From Chiloscyllium plagiosum (Eukaryota), in assembly GCF_004010195.1 (NCBI RefSeq), contig NW_025215037.1, forward strand, positions 1 through 39,830: a stretch of DNA of 39,830 nucleotides. Direction: 5' to 3'. The first letter of the stretch is position 1. Each line of letters opens with the position of its first letter. This document shows positions 12,150 through 24,720 of the stretch, in pieces. Made by a program: the position numbers and the translations under genes. The notes under the pieces are model-generated. The model had not been told where the DNA came from. It saw only the letters and a list, made by a program, of their open reading frames with translations, and did no database searches.

Positions 12150-12945
12150 GGTCGAGGTAGCTATGGAAGGATGGAGGATCTGCAGGAGTTTACTGAGATC
12201 GTGAGGTGTGGGTGGATTGGACCAGTTAACAGAGAGACAGAAATGTTTTGGTGAGAAAGAGCAACACAGAGGGAAAGTTACAGAGTTTCACAGGGAGAGA
12301 GTGGTTGATAAGCTGACAGGGTTGTAGAGAGTGGAGGAGCAAACCAAGATTGTGGAATGTTATTGCAGCTCAGAGGTTTACAGATTGGAGGATGACTTGC
12401 ACCATCTGGAGGAGGTTAGAAAGAGAGTGGACTACAGAGTCTGTCCGGACTGCTTTGGGCCTGACAGATGTGGAGTGACTTAAGGGTTTGAGGTAGGTAC
12501 AGACACAGAGACTGGTGCGAGGAACGAAGTAGTTTACAGATGTAAGGAGTGCTACGGAGGCTAGTATAGGTTGCAGACACAGGAAAGGCTGATAAACTAA
12601 AAAGGATCATTCAAACAGGGAGGTTTGTAGGAGAAGTTAACAGTGACAGTTAAGGTTAAAGTTCGGGAAGAGTTGTCAGTGTGTGGTACGGCTACAAAAG
12701 CAGGGGGCTGTAGGGATTGGATGGGTACACAAAGATATGGACGCTGTAGGAGCTACAGAGATGGGGAGGGTTCCAGCAGCTAAAATAAGTCATAAAGTTC
12801 GGGAGGGTTTTGGGGTGGAGGATAAAACAGATTTGGAGGGCTGTAAGTACTGGTGGAGAGATAAGTAATATTCTGCGGTCTGAGAAATTTCCATTGTGAG
12901 CAAGTCGTGTGGGTTTAATACAGATAGAGAAGGTAGAAGTGACTG
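12150..12945. repeat. Highly degenerate purine-rich tandem repeat (TTACAGAGAT.GGGAGGG-like units)
   Basis: Recurrent TTACAGA(G/T) and GGAGG/GTAGG motifs at short spacing. Period not resolved. Confidence 0.5.
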
Positions 12946-13094
12946 AACGAAGTCATGCAAACAGAGAGTGTTTTGTAGAGGTGCAGGTATATGTCATTCA
13001 GTCTCACAAGCCTATCCCTCCGTCCAATACAATCAGGACTGATTATCTAACTCAGTACCCTGCTTCCGCTTTCACTCCATTAAGTATGACGTTG

Positions 13095-13630
13095 CAATCA
13101 CTGGAGGAAGTAGAATGACAGGTAGGGTTGGAGTGACTGGATGTGTGGCAACGATAGGGAAGTTTGGAGTGATTGGAGGAAGTTACCGTGTTAGGAATGT
13201 TTGGAGTGACGAGAGGAGGTGAAAATGACAGGTAAAGCTGGAGTGACTGGAAGAGCGTGCAGCAATAGGGAGGATTACAATGCCCGGAGGAGGTGGCAGC
13301 AATAGGGAAACTTGGTGTGATTGGAGGAGTTGACAGAAATAGGAATTTTTGGAGTGACTGGAGGAGGGAAAAACATTTAGGGCTAGAATTAATTGAAGGG
13401 TTGACAGCAAGAGGGAGGTTTGAAATGACTGGAGGAGGTGAAATAACATTGTGGGCTGCAGTGACTGGAGGAGGTGAGAGAAATAGGGAGATTTGGATTG
13501 ATTGGGGAAGATGACAGCGATAGGGCGATTTGGAGTGACTGCAGAAGGCAACAGCGATTGGGCGGGGTAAGTGAAAGGAGGAGGTTACAATGATACGGAG
13601 GATTGGAATATCTGGAAGATTGCAGCATTC
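13095..13630. repeat. 37-bp minisatellite, about 14 copies
   Basis: Unit ~GGAGTGACTGGAGGAGGTGACAGCAATAGGGAGGTTT. Anchors at 13130, 13166, 13203, 13240, 13314, 13351. Confidence 0.9.
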
Positions 13631-13669
13631 AGTCAAAATATGTAGGGAGGGCTGTTCAGTCTGAAGATT

Positions 13670-13910
13670 ATGAAGTTATGAGGGGCAGTTTATTTTTACA
13701 TAGAGAGTGTGAGGATTCTGGTGAATGCCGACAGGTGTGGTTGTGGAGGCAGACGCGATATGGGCTGTTAGGTGGGGTTTAGAGAAGCACATTGTGATAC
13801 AAGGAATGGAGTGAAATAGAACAAGGGCATGCAGAAGTAATTAGTTAAATTTGGTGTCATGTTCAGCACAACATCCTCGGCCTGATGCTTTGCTGTATTG
13901 TTTAATGTTC
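13670..13910 (+). mobile_element. CR1 3' end fragment
   Basis: TTTTTACATAGAGAGTG..GTGGTTGTGGAGGCAG (FTQRVV / VVEA region) and a 3' UTR ending GCACAACATC..GGCC..CTGTATTGTTTAATGTTCT. Confidence 0.65.
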
Positions 13911-15197
13911 TTCGTCACTCTTTTACAATGACCCACCAAGGAAGGATCTGGACGAAGTCATGCAAACATAGAGTGTTTTGTAGAGGTGCAGGTATATGTC
14001 ATTCAGTCTCACAAGCCTATCCCTCCGTCTTACAAAAGACTGTCAGAATTGAAAGGGAGAGAGAAAGGGGCGGGGGGCGGTTGGGCTAAGAGTACGAAAG
14101 GGAGTATAAGAGGGAGCACGAAAAACGAAAGTAAGCAAGAGCTTAGGAGTGTCCGAGTGATGCTTGTGAAAGAGGCCACGTATACGAGTGGAATAAATTA
14201 GCAGCACAGAGCTGAGGGACCTGCAGTGGTGAAACCGTCTTTTGAACATGACTGGAAGAAATAACAACAAACTACCTCACAGAGTTAAAATACTCATTAT
14301 TAAAGATACAATAGGTTGGACAATGGCAAAGATCGGGAGCAGAGCTATGCATGATCGTGGACCTACATCCACTGTGAAGGGATCACACCAGGACCTGACC
14401 AATGAACTACAACAAAGCAGGTTAGGTATCGAATTATAGATGAATGCTCAATGATATTCACCTCTGAAAAAAATGACATCGTACTTCAATGCACGCTCTC
14501 CTGATGGACCTTGTAGCTAAAAAGATAGCACAGAAATGGAATCAGAGAAAACCTTCAGTTTTCATGTCTTCCACTTCGTTGAAAAATGAGATGATAAAAT
14601 AAATATGTTGAGAGACATTCAGAAGAAATAAATACATCTCTTCGTTTGAGTGCCAACCGTTCACATGTTAAAGGACGTTCCAAAATCCATCACCCTCAGT
14701 TCAGAATGGGAATTTTCAAATGGTTTGAGGAATCAAGTATTTTAATGACAAGGTTATGTTGTCGAGAGGGTTTAAAAGATGTGATAGCTGCATGCAATTT
14801 AAGATGTCTTTGTAACGACAACTTTGTTTTCCAAAGATTATTTGGAAGCAGAAGCTTGAAATGCAGGAAAGAGAAAATTAGTAATGAATATAATCCACAT
14901 TTTGCACCAATTCGATTCAATTGGATTAAGTGTCAGTTCAGAACGCTTGATGCTGTCAGGTAGTTCTGCTAGCTTTAAACTGTCTTAAAGCTACAGTACT
15001 CTTTACCTCTTCATAACTCCTCCCGTCTTCAAAAAAAAACAAGCATAATTAAACGATGGCTTTATTCTATGGTTTTCTTTAAACACATCACCCTAACTAA
15101 CAAATAAATCAATCTTCGTTCATCTTAACTTCTTCCCGTATAACTGGAGAGACCTTAAAGCAGTAAGTAAATCCAGACGGCTCCTAAACTTTATCAG

Positions 15198-16620
15198 TTA
15201 AACCCACGACAACGCATCGGCAATTAAAGCATTACGAACCGCAACGTGTACGAAATTTAAATTAGAAGTCTTTAACGTAAGCTCCAACGAAATAGTCTCA
15301 TATTCTTGCCTTCAACGCGTTCTATGAATGGAAGCGGGTTGTGATACGTGCACAGAACCGTCTCCAACACATTGTCCGTGAGATACATATTAAAATGTGT
15401 TCAGGCCAATGCCATGCACAATAGTCTTTGCTTTTGTTCGTGTAGTATGTCCTCTGTTGGATGTTGATATTCTTCGAGAATTTTCCAAACAGCTGTTCAA
15501 TCCCATTCCACTTCTTCCTGTCCGAGAACAACTCCAACTCCTATGTCAGTAGCATCGATGCCGACTTTCAAAGGTTCTGAAAGGTTTGGTGTAGCTAAAA
15601 CGGTTTGATGCTTAACATTATTTTAAAATGGTCGAATGCCTCCTGGTATTTTTCTGTCCACCCAAACGTTGTGTTCTTCTTCAGCAAAGCGTTTAAAGGC
15701 TCCACGATACTGCGGAAATCTGGAATAAACTTCCGATGGAATATGCTGAGTCTGAAAATTCGAAGCATCTCTTTCTTCGAGGTAAATTGTGGAAATTGCT
15801 GAATGCCTTTCGTCTTTCAGTTCCCTCGGATCAACCCTCCGTGACCGATGCTATGTCACAAGAACGCCCCTTCTGCTTTCTCAAATTCAGTTTTATTTTA
15901 TTTTATCACCAGTTTTGTTTCCTGTAGTCGTTCAAAGAGCTCTGACAGCTGTACCATGTAATCACTACATCGTACAAATAGACGGCACAGGTTGCTAACG
16001 CACCCACAACACTGTGCATGAGTCTAAGGAATGTGGCGGGTGCATTCTTCATTCCAAAGGGCATCACTGTAAATTGATATAACCCATTTGGTGTTACAAA
16101 CACAAAAAATTATTTTGACATCTCTGATAAAATACCTGTCGGTAATCACGCATTCAGTCCAACTTGGCAATGCAACTGGCTCGTTCGACTTTCTCCATGC
16201 GAGAAATTAGATATGCGTGAGGTTTTGAAGCGATGTTGACCTTCCGATAATTCACGCAGAATAATGGAGTCCCGTCCGATTTGATAACCAAGACTATCAA
16301 AGAACTTCACTTGCCTTCACCTCTTCCTGGACCTATCCAGCTTTGAAGTATTGAGCATATGGATGTGTTGTTTTATTGGAGCAATTTTCCCTTCGTTACT
16401 TCATGTACAGTGACATTAGTCCTCCCCATCTGATTGGTACATATGTCCTTGTACTGCAGTAAGAAATCTTTCCAATGAGGTCTATCCTCCTGAGACAGAT
16501 AACTTACTGACTTATCCTGAAGGACTTCTAATCTATTTTGTGGAACATCAAAATCCACATCACCTGACTTTGATTCCTCACTCTGCAATGGAGCAAGTCA
16601 CAACTGTTTCTCCAGTTATT
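15198..16620 (-). pseudogene. Gypsy pol remnant: reverse transcriptase and RNase H
   Basis: FVTPNGLYQFTVMPFGMKNAPATFLRLM...CAVYLYDVV (YLDD decayed), DATDIGVGVVL, and KNMRLFRWSL../..IADALSWV* ending at TAA 15200-15198. Multiple frameshifts. Confidence 0.85.
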
Positions 16621-16998
16621 TCTCTCGCCTATTTCCTTGGAGGGCACCTATACCCTCAAATATAATTCACGAGAAATAACCTTCAAAAATGAGTATTAGC
16701 AACAAATGTGCCAGTTTTATTGCCGCCGTGTCTTACCTACCACTTGGCATATACTACACATAGACCAAAATCGAATCACATCTTTTTGCATTGCAGGCAA
16801 AGAAAATATGTTTTTGTACCTTAGCCTGAAGCTTTTGTGCCTCTTGGAGACCTCCTACATGCATGTCATGTGCTACCTGCAACACCAGAGGATGTGTGTG
16901 TGTGTGTGTGTGTGCGTGGCTTCTATTACCTTTCGCGCCGTTGCAATTCCCTTAGCCTTTCAGGACTAAACACATTGGCTTGCTATCTACCTATTCAA

Positions 16999-18345
16999 AT
17001 AACAAAGAACAAAGAAACTTTACAGCCCAGGAACAGTGCATTCGGCACTCCAAGCCTGAGCCGATCCAAATGGACTGTCTAAACTTGTCGGTCAATTCCG
17101 AAGCATTTGTATCCCTCTGCTCCCCACCTTCTCATGCATCTGTCCAGACGCATCCTAAATGAATCTGGCTCTACCACCTCTGCTGGCAAAGCGTTCCAAA
17201 CGCCCACCACTCTCTGTGTGAAGTCCTTGCAGCCTGTATCCCCCTTAAACTTTACAGCTCACCTTGAAAGCATGACCTCTCGTTATTGAATCCTTCACAC
17301 TGGGGGAAAAAAATACTTGTCTCTATCCACCGTGTCTATACACTTCATGATTTTGTAAACTTCAATCAAGTCCCATTTCAATCTCCTTATTGTTAGTGAA
17401 AATAAACCTAACCTACTCAACCTCTCTTCATGGATAGCGCTTTCTATAACAGGGAATATCCTCATAAACATTCTCTGTCCCCTCCCCAAAGCGTCCACAT
17501 CATTTTGCTTTTCCGCCCAACTCTCCAGTCCATGTATATCCTCCTGTATTATCTTACAGTCCTTTGTGCTTTGTCCTACTCCACCAATCTTTGTGTCATC
17601 TGCAAACTTGCTCTTCATAGTAACAGAGCCCTCTTCTAGATCATTTATGTATATCACAATACTGACTCCTTGGGAACACCACTGGTCAACTTTCTACCTT
17701 TTGAGAACCTCCCTCAGCTATTACTCTCTGTCTCCTGTTGCTGAACCAGTTCTTTATCCACCTGTCCAGAACATTCGGCACACCATGTGTCTTCAGTTTC
17801 TCCATTAGTCTACAATGTGTAACCATATCAAACGCCTTACTAAAGTCCACATATATGACATCAACAGCTCTCCGTTCATCTATCAATCTGGTCACTACCT
17901 CGAAGAACTCGAATAAATTGGTAAGGCACGATCTCCAGCCACCCCCCACAAAACCATGTTGACTCTCATTGGTTTTCCCATTATTTTCTAAATATATGTA
18001 GGTCCTATCCCTCAGTACCTTCTTCAGCAACTTTCCCAGCAGGGACGTAAGGCTCACTGGTCTGTAGTTACCGGAATATCCTGACTTGCCTTCTTGTACA
18101 GGGGGAAAACATGAGCAGCCTTTCAGTCCTCCGGCACCTCACCTGTATTTAAGGATGCCACAAAGATATCTGTCAGGGCCCCAGTTATTTCCTCTCTCGT
18201 CTCCCTCAGCAACCTGGGATAGGTCCCATCCAGTCCTGGGAATTTGTCCACCTTTATAAAATCTAGCATATCCAACACATCATCCCTACTAATTTCAATG
18301 TGTCCTGACTACACAAACTTCAATCTCTCATCTCAACATTCATCA
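16999..18345 (-). mobile_element. 5'-truncated CR1 LINE (RT and 3' UTR) with an internal deletion near 17505
   Basis: YRPVSLTSLLGKLL, SQHGF, SCLTNLFEFFE, VDVIYVDFSKAFD, IYINDL, KFADDTK, LIEVYKIMK. Short-repeat tail ACAAAGAACAAAGAA at ~17000. Confidence 0.92.
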
Positions 18346-18389
18346 GATTCAGGTTTGACCTGCACCGTTAAGTCAAACAGGGTATCGGT

Positions 18390-18630
18390 GGACAACAGAC
18401 AATAGACAAGATGTGCAGGAGTAGGCCATTCGGCCCGTCCATCCGACACCATCATTCATTATGATCATGGCTTATCATTACCAATCATATCCTTTTCCTG
18501 CCTTATTCACATAACCTTTGATACAACTATCTTCCAGAGGTCTATCCATCTCTTTCTTGAAACTTTCCAGAAATTTGTCCTCGACTGCCTTCTGGGGCAG
18601 AGCATGTGATATATCCACGACTCTCTGGGT
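18390..18630 (-). mobile_element. CR1 3' end fragment of a different subfamily, fused to the Gypsy pro region
   Basis: TQRVV..ALPQKAVE..FKKEMDR on minus. Tail GACAACAGACAATAGACAA and GGAGTAGGCCATTCGGCCC on plus. Confidence 0.8.
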
Positions 18631-20260
18631 GTCCGCTGACTGAACCTCAACTTCTTCATCTTTCTCTTTACTTTTCACTTCGTGCTCTCACTTCGACAGT
18701 GAAATAGGGTTACCACACAGTCTGTGAAAATACCGAGATATTTCAGTTTTACCTCCTCAGTCTCTTGGTCTTTTCCACAAAAATGGGTGTCACTCCGACC
18801 TTGGATCCTGCCAAATCATTCACACAAGCAAACTGAACTCCTGGAACTGACATTTTCTCAAACACTCACACTGTTACTTCCCCAGTCTTGAGTTGGTATT
18901 ATGACCTAAACTTCCATAGGCATACGCTAACAATCTGTCAATCTATCCCACACATTAGGACACTCTCGAGTAACAAATTAGAAAGAGTGCATTTTCACTC
19001 ATCCCTTCCTATCAGTGCCTGATTAGATCCCGTATGTCTCAAACTTCTACCAAGTTTTCCGTCTTCCGCGTTCTTTCTGAGTAAACTTTAACCACAGAAG
19101 CGAATTGTTTCTAGAGAGATCAGGTACTAACTCCATACCCAGCCCTGCCTCGGCTGTGCAATCTCGTGCAGCTCCTCCGCTCTTCTGGGATTTCCCTTCC
19201 CACTTTTACTCATGCCACCGGCGAAGCTTCTTTTATGGAATGTTTTCCCACTGCTCCTTTACTTATCGACCAGCACTGTGTCTTTACATGCACCACTTTC
19301 GGGCAGTGGCAACATCTTTTCCCAGAGAGATTCTGAAACCACCGGACCGTAATTTTCGGTGTCCCACTCCATTATGTTGAAAACAACTGAGAACGTTTAC
19401 CTGTTGTCCACCTTCGTGGGCTTCTTTAACTTGTGGTAAACTCTTAGCAGTGTTCTCTACTTTTTGTTTCGTAGTGTAGGGTCTCCCCTTCTCCGAACAT
19501 TTGTTCCTAACAGGACAAAACTCTGGCCAGAAGATTATTTTATGCACCGACATGCATGTATTCATCAGTTAATTCTGGTAGCCTTCTCACTTTCTGAACT
19601 TTTTGATCCTCCACGTGAATTCTTACAATCTCCGGAAGTGAGTTTGTAATCTCCTTCAGCAGAATAATCTCTCTTCGAGCTTCAATCGTTTGATCTAATT
19701 TCAAAACACGTCAAATATGAAAATGACTATGTCTAAATCTTTCAAACTCGACATAAGCCTGAACTACTACTTTCCTTGTGTTTCTGAACCGCATGCATTT
19801 CTGTTACCAATTCATAAGCACTTAAAACAGCCTGGTTTACCTCTTCGTAATCCCTTGACTCATCAGCTGACAGCACAGCAATAGCCTCACTATTACTGCC
19901 GACCAGGTTATTCGGAATTAGCATTATACATGAATCGTGGGAACACTCCATTTGCCTTGCCAATTCCCCAGGTGAAATAAAGAAGGTAGGAACATATTTT
20001 TCAACAAAATGTAGCAACTTTTGACAACTTTATCTAAGTCACTACCTTCAGTTTCAATCTCCTTCATGTGAACTTGAATTTTCTGACTAAGTTTCAAGTT
20101 CTGCAGTTCAAATTCTCTCTCGTTTTCTCTCTCCCTTTATTCTCTCTCTCTTTCTTCTCATGTTTCTCAGTTTGAATCAACAGCAAATCAGCAAAATTAA
20201 ACACATTGTCTCATTTACGCATTATATAACGATCTAACGTCTGTTACTGTTTAAATCTGC
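18630..20260 (-). pseudogene. Gypsy gag (SCAN-like capsid) and protease remnant
   Basis: FFIS..ELARQM..LVG..SEAIAVLS..ESRDYEEVNQAVLSAYELVTE (19742-20017), LRHTGSNQAL (decayed LRDTG protease motif, ~19043-19014), GIFTDCVVT near 18720. Confidence 0.75.
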
Positions 20261-20276
20261 TAGGACTTGTCGTTTT

Positions 20277-21185
20277 ATAGAATATAGAACATCGACAAGT
20301 TCAGCACAGAACAGGCCCTTTGGCGCACAATGTTGTGCCGAGATTTAATCCTAATGTAAAATATGACAACTTAACCCGCGCACCCCTCAACTCACTGCTG
20401 TCCATGTACATGTCCAGTAGTCGCTTATTTGTCCCCAATGACTCTGCCTCCACCACAACAGCTGGCAACGCATTCCATGCCTTCACAACTCTCTGCGTAA
20501 AGAGCCTTCCTCTGACGTCTCCTTTATACCTTCCTCCTAATACTTTCAAACTATGACTCCGTGTAACCAGTCAACCCTGCCCTGTGGAACTGTTTCTGAC
20601 TATTGACTCTATCTATTCCACTCATTATTTTGTACACCTCGATCACGTCTCCTCTCTTCCTTCTTCTCTCCAGACAGAAAAGTCCGAACTTATTCCCCTT
20701 TCTTCATAAGGCAAGGCCAACATTCCAGGCAGCATCCTGGTAAACCTTCTTTGCACCCTCTCCAAAGCCTGTGTATCTTTCCCATAGTAAGACGTCCAGA
20801 ATTGGGTGCAATATTCCAAATGTTGTCTCACCAGGGACTTGCAAAGCTGCCACAAAACCTCGCAGCTCTTCAACTTGATCACCTATTACTGAAAGCCAAA
20901 ACACCATATGCTTTCTTACCAACCCTATCCAATTGGGTGGCAACTTTGAGGGATCTATGTACTTGCACAAGCAGATCCCTCTTGTCCCCCACACTGCCAA
21001 GAATCCTGTCTTTAATCCTTTCCACAGCATTCAAGTTCGACCGACCAAAATGCATCATCTCGCATTTATCCAGGTTGAATTTCATCTGCCGTTTCTCAAG
21101 CCAGCTCGGTAACCAGCCTACGTCGTGCTGCAGCCTGCAGTTGCCCTTTTATACTATCGAAGGCACCTGCAACCTTTGTGCCATT
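20277..21185 (-). mobile_element. 5'-truncated CR1 LINE inserted between the Gypsy PBS and gag
   Basis: MKFNLDKCEMMHFG, KSLVRQHLEYCTQFW, LERVQRRFTRMLPG, FTQRVVKAWNALP. Tail ATAGAATATAGAAC. Confidence 0.92.
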
Positions 21186-24100
21186 TCCCCAAAATCTACT
21201 GAAACTGTTCAAACCTGTTCAAATCACGAATTAAAGACATAAACCATTCAAATCCCGACGTCAAGCACCCAAATTGTTACGACAAGGAGTAAACCCCCAC
21301 CGCAACCCTACTCATTTCAACCAGCATCACACCAAAGATTAGTCCAATGCAGTAATCTGTAAAACTTCAAGAGGCCAATAACTATTTAAAGTTAACATTA
21401 GCAAGTTCACTTCTTAAAGTACAACAGAGAATAATCAACAAAGAAGTATTTGCAATTCATTCCTGTAAACTATCTTTTCCTTTCCCTTCAATACTATTAT
21501 TCCGATAAATACCCCAGTAAAATTTCCCAAAAAGTTCAAATTTCAAAATTAGGCATCTGTCGAAATTTCCTTTTCCATTTTCTTCTGTAGATCTTCTTCT
21601 TCTTAGCGATATCTGATGCACAGATTATTGATCGATAATGATACTTTTAAGAGAGCTGCATTTCGGGCAATCTGTACATGCTGGTGGTTTGGTAGTTCTC
21701 CCCAGCTGTTCAATTCTTCTCGGTCTAAAATCCAAAGCATCGACTCGTTCCATTGGTTCTTAATATTGTCAATATACTAAACTTAAACTTGATTGGAGAT
21801 TGGCATTAATTTAAACTTATTGGTCGAATGTGAACGTGCTCTTTTAACTTAGCAAAACTGCCAGTGCCAGATGTTCTGAACCAAGAATTGCACAGTATTC
21901 TTTTAAGCACACAATTTCCTTCTCTAAGTCCTTGATTTCTTTCAACTTTCTTAAAGTTACAGTATCGTTTACACCATCACCATTACCACCCTGTTCCCTT
22001 GCAACGTTATTTGAAATCATATCCACTCTGCTGCCCGAGAACATCCTGTGGAACAATGCCCACGCTGTTCTCCAACCTCCCAACGTTTCTCTACTCACAA
22101 CTGCCTGTGAACCAATCCCCGCTCTGTTACTCTTACAACACCCTGGTACCCCATCCAAAATCTGTAGCCCAGACAAAGGCCTGTGACCCCGTCCCCACTC
22201 TGTTCTCCAACCAACAGCTTGTCAATTCATCACATACTGTTTTTCCAGCAATTACCTGATAATCCATCATGGCTCTGACAATGGCTGGTAATCCGTCCCG
22301 CACTGTTTCGCTAATAACTGACAGTGAGCCGATCACAACTCTGCTCTTCGTGCAACAACCCGTGCACCAATCGCCATCCAGTTTCCCTGGCAACGTCCTT
22401 TGAAACCATCCCCACGCTGTTCCACTAGCAATGGCTGGTGGTCCTATTACTACCCTGTACTCCTCAGAACTAACTGTGGCCACGTCCACACCATGTCCTC
22501 CTAGCAACTGCTTATGAAGTCTCCTCATTCTGTTCACCTCGTAACAGTCTATATCCCCATCCCTGCTCTATTTCCCTCAAAACAGTCTGTGAAGTTTATC
22601 CTACTCTGTTACCAAGCAACGTCCTGTGACTCCATCCACACTCTGTTTAATGAGCAGCTGCGTTTGACCATGACCTCACACAGTTTCCTGAGCAATGGCC
22701 TCTGAACCCATAACTGCTCTGCCGTCTGAGCAACAGCTTGTGAATAAATACCTCTCTGTTCCTCTTGCAACAACTTGTGATGCCATCCCTGGCCAGTTTC
22801 TGTAGCAACGACCTGTGAAGCCATATCCACGCTGTCTCCGGCATCGGTCAGTTAACCCTTCACCTTAGTGTTGCTCGAAATACCACATTTGATTCCATTC
22901 CCATAATTTTCTCCTAGCCATTGCCTTTGAACCCTTCCCCAATCTGTTCGCGAAGGAACAGCCTGTGAATATTCTATTTTGTTATCAACAGTTTGTGTAA
23001 ACATTCTCACTCTGTTCTCTGAGCCTTGAATCCCTCGTCACAAAGGATGGTGATCCCATCCCCTCTCTTTTCTTATCACAGCTGTTTGTGAACCCATCCC
23101 AAATGTGCTGTCTGAGCAAATGCCTGTGATTCAATCGCCATTCCGTTCCCCTCACATCAGTTTGTGACCCCATTCCCTGGCAACAGCCTGTGATGGTCAT
23201 CGCCAATTGGTTTTCATCCAATGGCCGGTGAAATGATCGCCGCTCTGTTACGCGAGCAATGGCCTGTGAACTCGTCTGACTCGGTTTTCCGAGCAACACT
23301 GTTTGAAATAATTCCCACTGTTTCCATAGGATCGGTCTGCGACCCCATCCCCAGCCTGTTCTTCCAGAAAATGCCTGGAAACCCATTGCAATCTACTCTC
23401 CTAGAAACGGCCTGGAAACCATTCCCACACTTTTCTAAGTAGGAACTAGCTGTGAACCCATCGCCAATCTCTCTCTTAGCAACAACTTGTGAACCATTCT
23501 GAACTCGTTTCCCATGAAATGTCCTTGGGACCAATCCAGACATTCTTTCATAGCAACGGCAATTGACGTCCCTCCCCACTCATTATCCTAGGAATTGCGT
23601 ATGAACCCCTTCCCCCATGTCCTCCTAGCATCGGTCGCTGACCTAAACGCATCTCTGTTACTCGAGCAAAAGCCTGTGACGCCAACGCCACTCGTCCATC
23701 TCGAACCTGATTCTCTGCCACTGGACTGTGAAACTGATCCCACACGATTCTCCGAGAAACAGTCAATTAAGTTGTCCGCACTCTAGCAACAGCTTGTAAT
23801 CCATTCACAGTCTGTTCTCCTGACAATGGCCAGTGAACCCATCTCCACACTGTTCACCTAATATTAGCCTGTGAACATATCCCTATTCTTTTCTATGGCA
23901 ACTGCCTGTGAAACCATCCCAACGCTGCTCTCCTCGCAATAGCCTGGGTACCCATCCCCACTCTGTTACCTGAGGAACAGCCTGTGACCCCATTCCCCTC
24001 AATCTCCCACCTACAGTCTGTGAAAACATCCCCACCCTCCTCCCGGTGCAATGGTCTTTGAAAAAATGCACACTCTGTTTCTCCTGAAACTGCCTGTGAA

Positions 24101-24591
24101 CTCATCCCCTTTCCATTCTCCTCACAATTGTCTGTGAACCTTCCCCACTCTGTTCTAAGTAGTAACAGTTTCTGACCCTCTCCCCTACTCTATTCCTTAG
24201 CCAGAGCTTGAAAAGTCCATCTCTACTCTGTTTTCCTACCAATGCATCATGAGCCTATCTCCAGTCGGTATATTAACCCATCCCCACTCTCGCAACAAAC
24301 TGGGATACATCCGTTCTCCTGGCAACGGCCTGTGAACCCAATCTCCACTCCGTTCCCCTAGGAATGGCCCGTGAAACCATTCCCATTCTGTTCCCCTCGG
24401 AATTGGCCTGCGAAGTCACCCCGCTCTGTTCCTCTAAGTGTAGTCTGTGACTCCATGCTCACTCGGTTCTCCTGAAAACTGCCCGTGAACTCATCCACAC
24501 TCTAATCCCAGAGTAACAACCTGTGAACCCATCCCCGCTCGGTTATCCAACAACATCCGGTGAACCCAAACCCGGTCTGTTCCCAGAGTAA

Positions 24592-24720
24592 CATTTCTGA
24601 TGAAGGGCTCAGCCCCGAAACGTCGATTTGCCTGCTCCTCAGATGCTGCCCGACCGACTGTGGTTTTTTTGCAACACACTCTCAACTCTGATCTCCAGCA
24701 TCTGCAGACATCACTGCCCC
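24592..24720 (+). mobile_element. Short Penelope pseudo-LTR fragment inserted in the 38-bp array
   Basis: CTGATGAAGGGCTCAGCCCCGAAACGTCGATT..CCTGCTCCTCAGATGCTGCC..CTCTGATCTCCAGCATCTGCAG breaks the array periodicity. Confidence 0.7.
24593..24628 (+). ncRNA. Minimal type-I hammerhead ribozyme motif
   Basis: CUGAUGA (24597-24603), extra A, stem II GGG/CCC, GAA, palindromic stem III ACGU, GUC cleavage triplet (C 24624). Stem I is weak (UU/GA). Confidence 0.55.

Larger units (their letters stand above)
12947..14029 (+). repeat. 78-bp direct repeat pair (12947-13024 and 13952-14029), 77/78 identical
   Basis: ACGAAGTCATGCAAACA(G/T)AGAGTGTTTTGTAGAGGTGCAGG...CCTATCCCTCCGTC occurs twice, 1005 bp apart. 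Confidence 0.95.
14930..21973 (-). mobile_element. Degenerate Gmr1-like Gypsy LTR retrotransposon (5' LTR 21973-21275, PBS, gag-SCAN, protease, RT, RNase H, PPT, truncated 3' LTR) containing three nested CR1 pieces
   Basis: LTR with TG..CA ends. PBS on minus TGGGTGCTTGACGTCGGGATTT (21271-21250) resembles a tRNA-Pro PBS. PPT GGGAGGAG at ~15024-15017. Only ~90 bp of the 3' LTR is recognisable. Confidence 0.8.

Noticed and set aside
13052..13636. 194-aa Pro/Ser-rich mucin-like ORF
   Set aside because: It is a translation of the 37-bp minisatellite, with the frame rotating each unit and overlapping ORFs in other frames.
14066..14080. GC boxes GGGGCGGGGGGCGG as a promoter
   Set aside because: No CpG island or recognisable downstream exon.
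119..21973. Inversion between oppositely oriented family-A LTRs as the cause of the opposed GPCR exons
   Set aside because: Flipping this segment would put exon 1 on minus but downstream of exon 2, so gene order is not restored.
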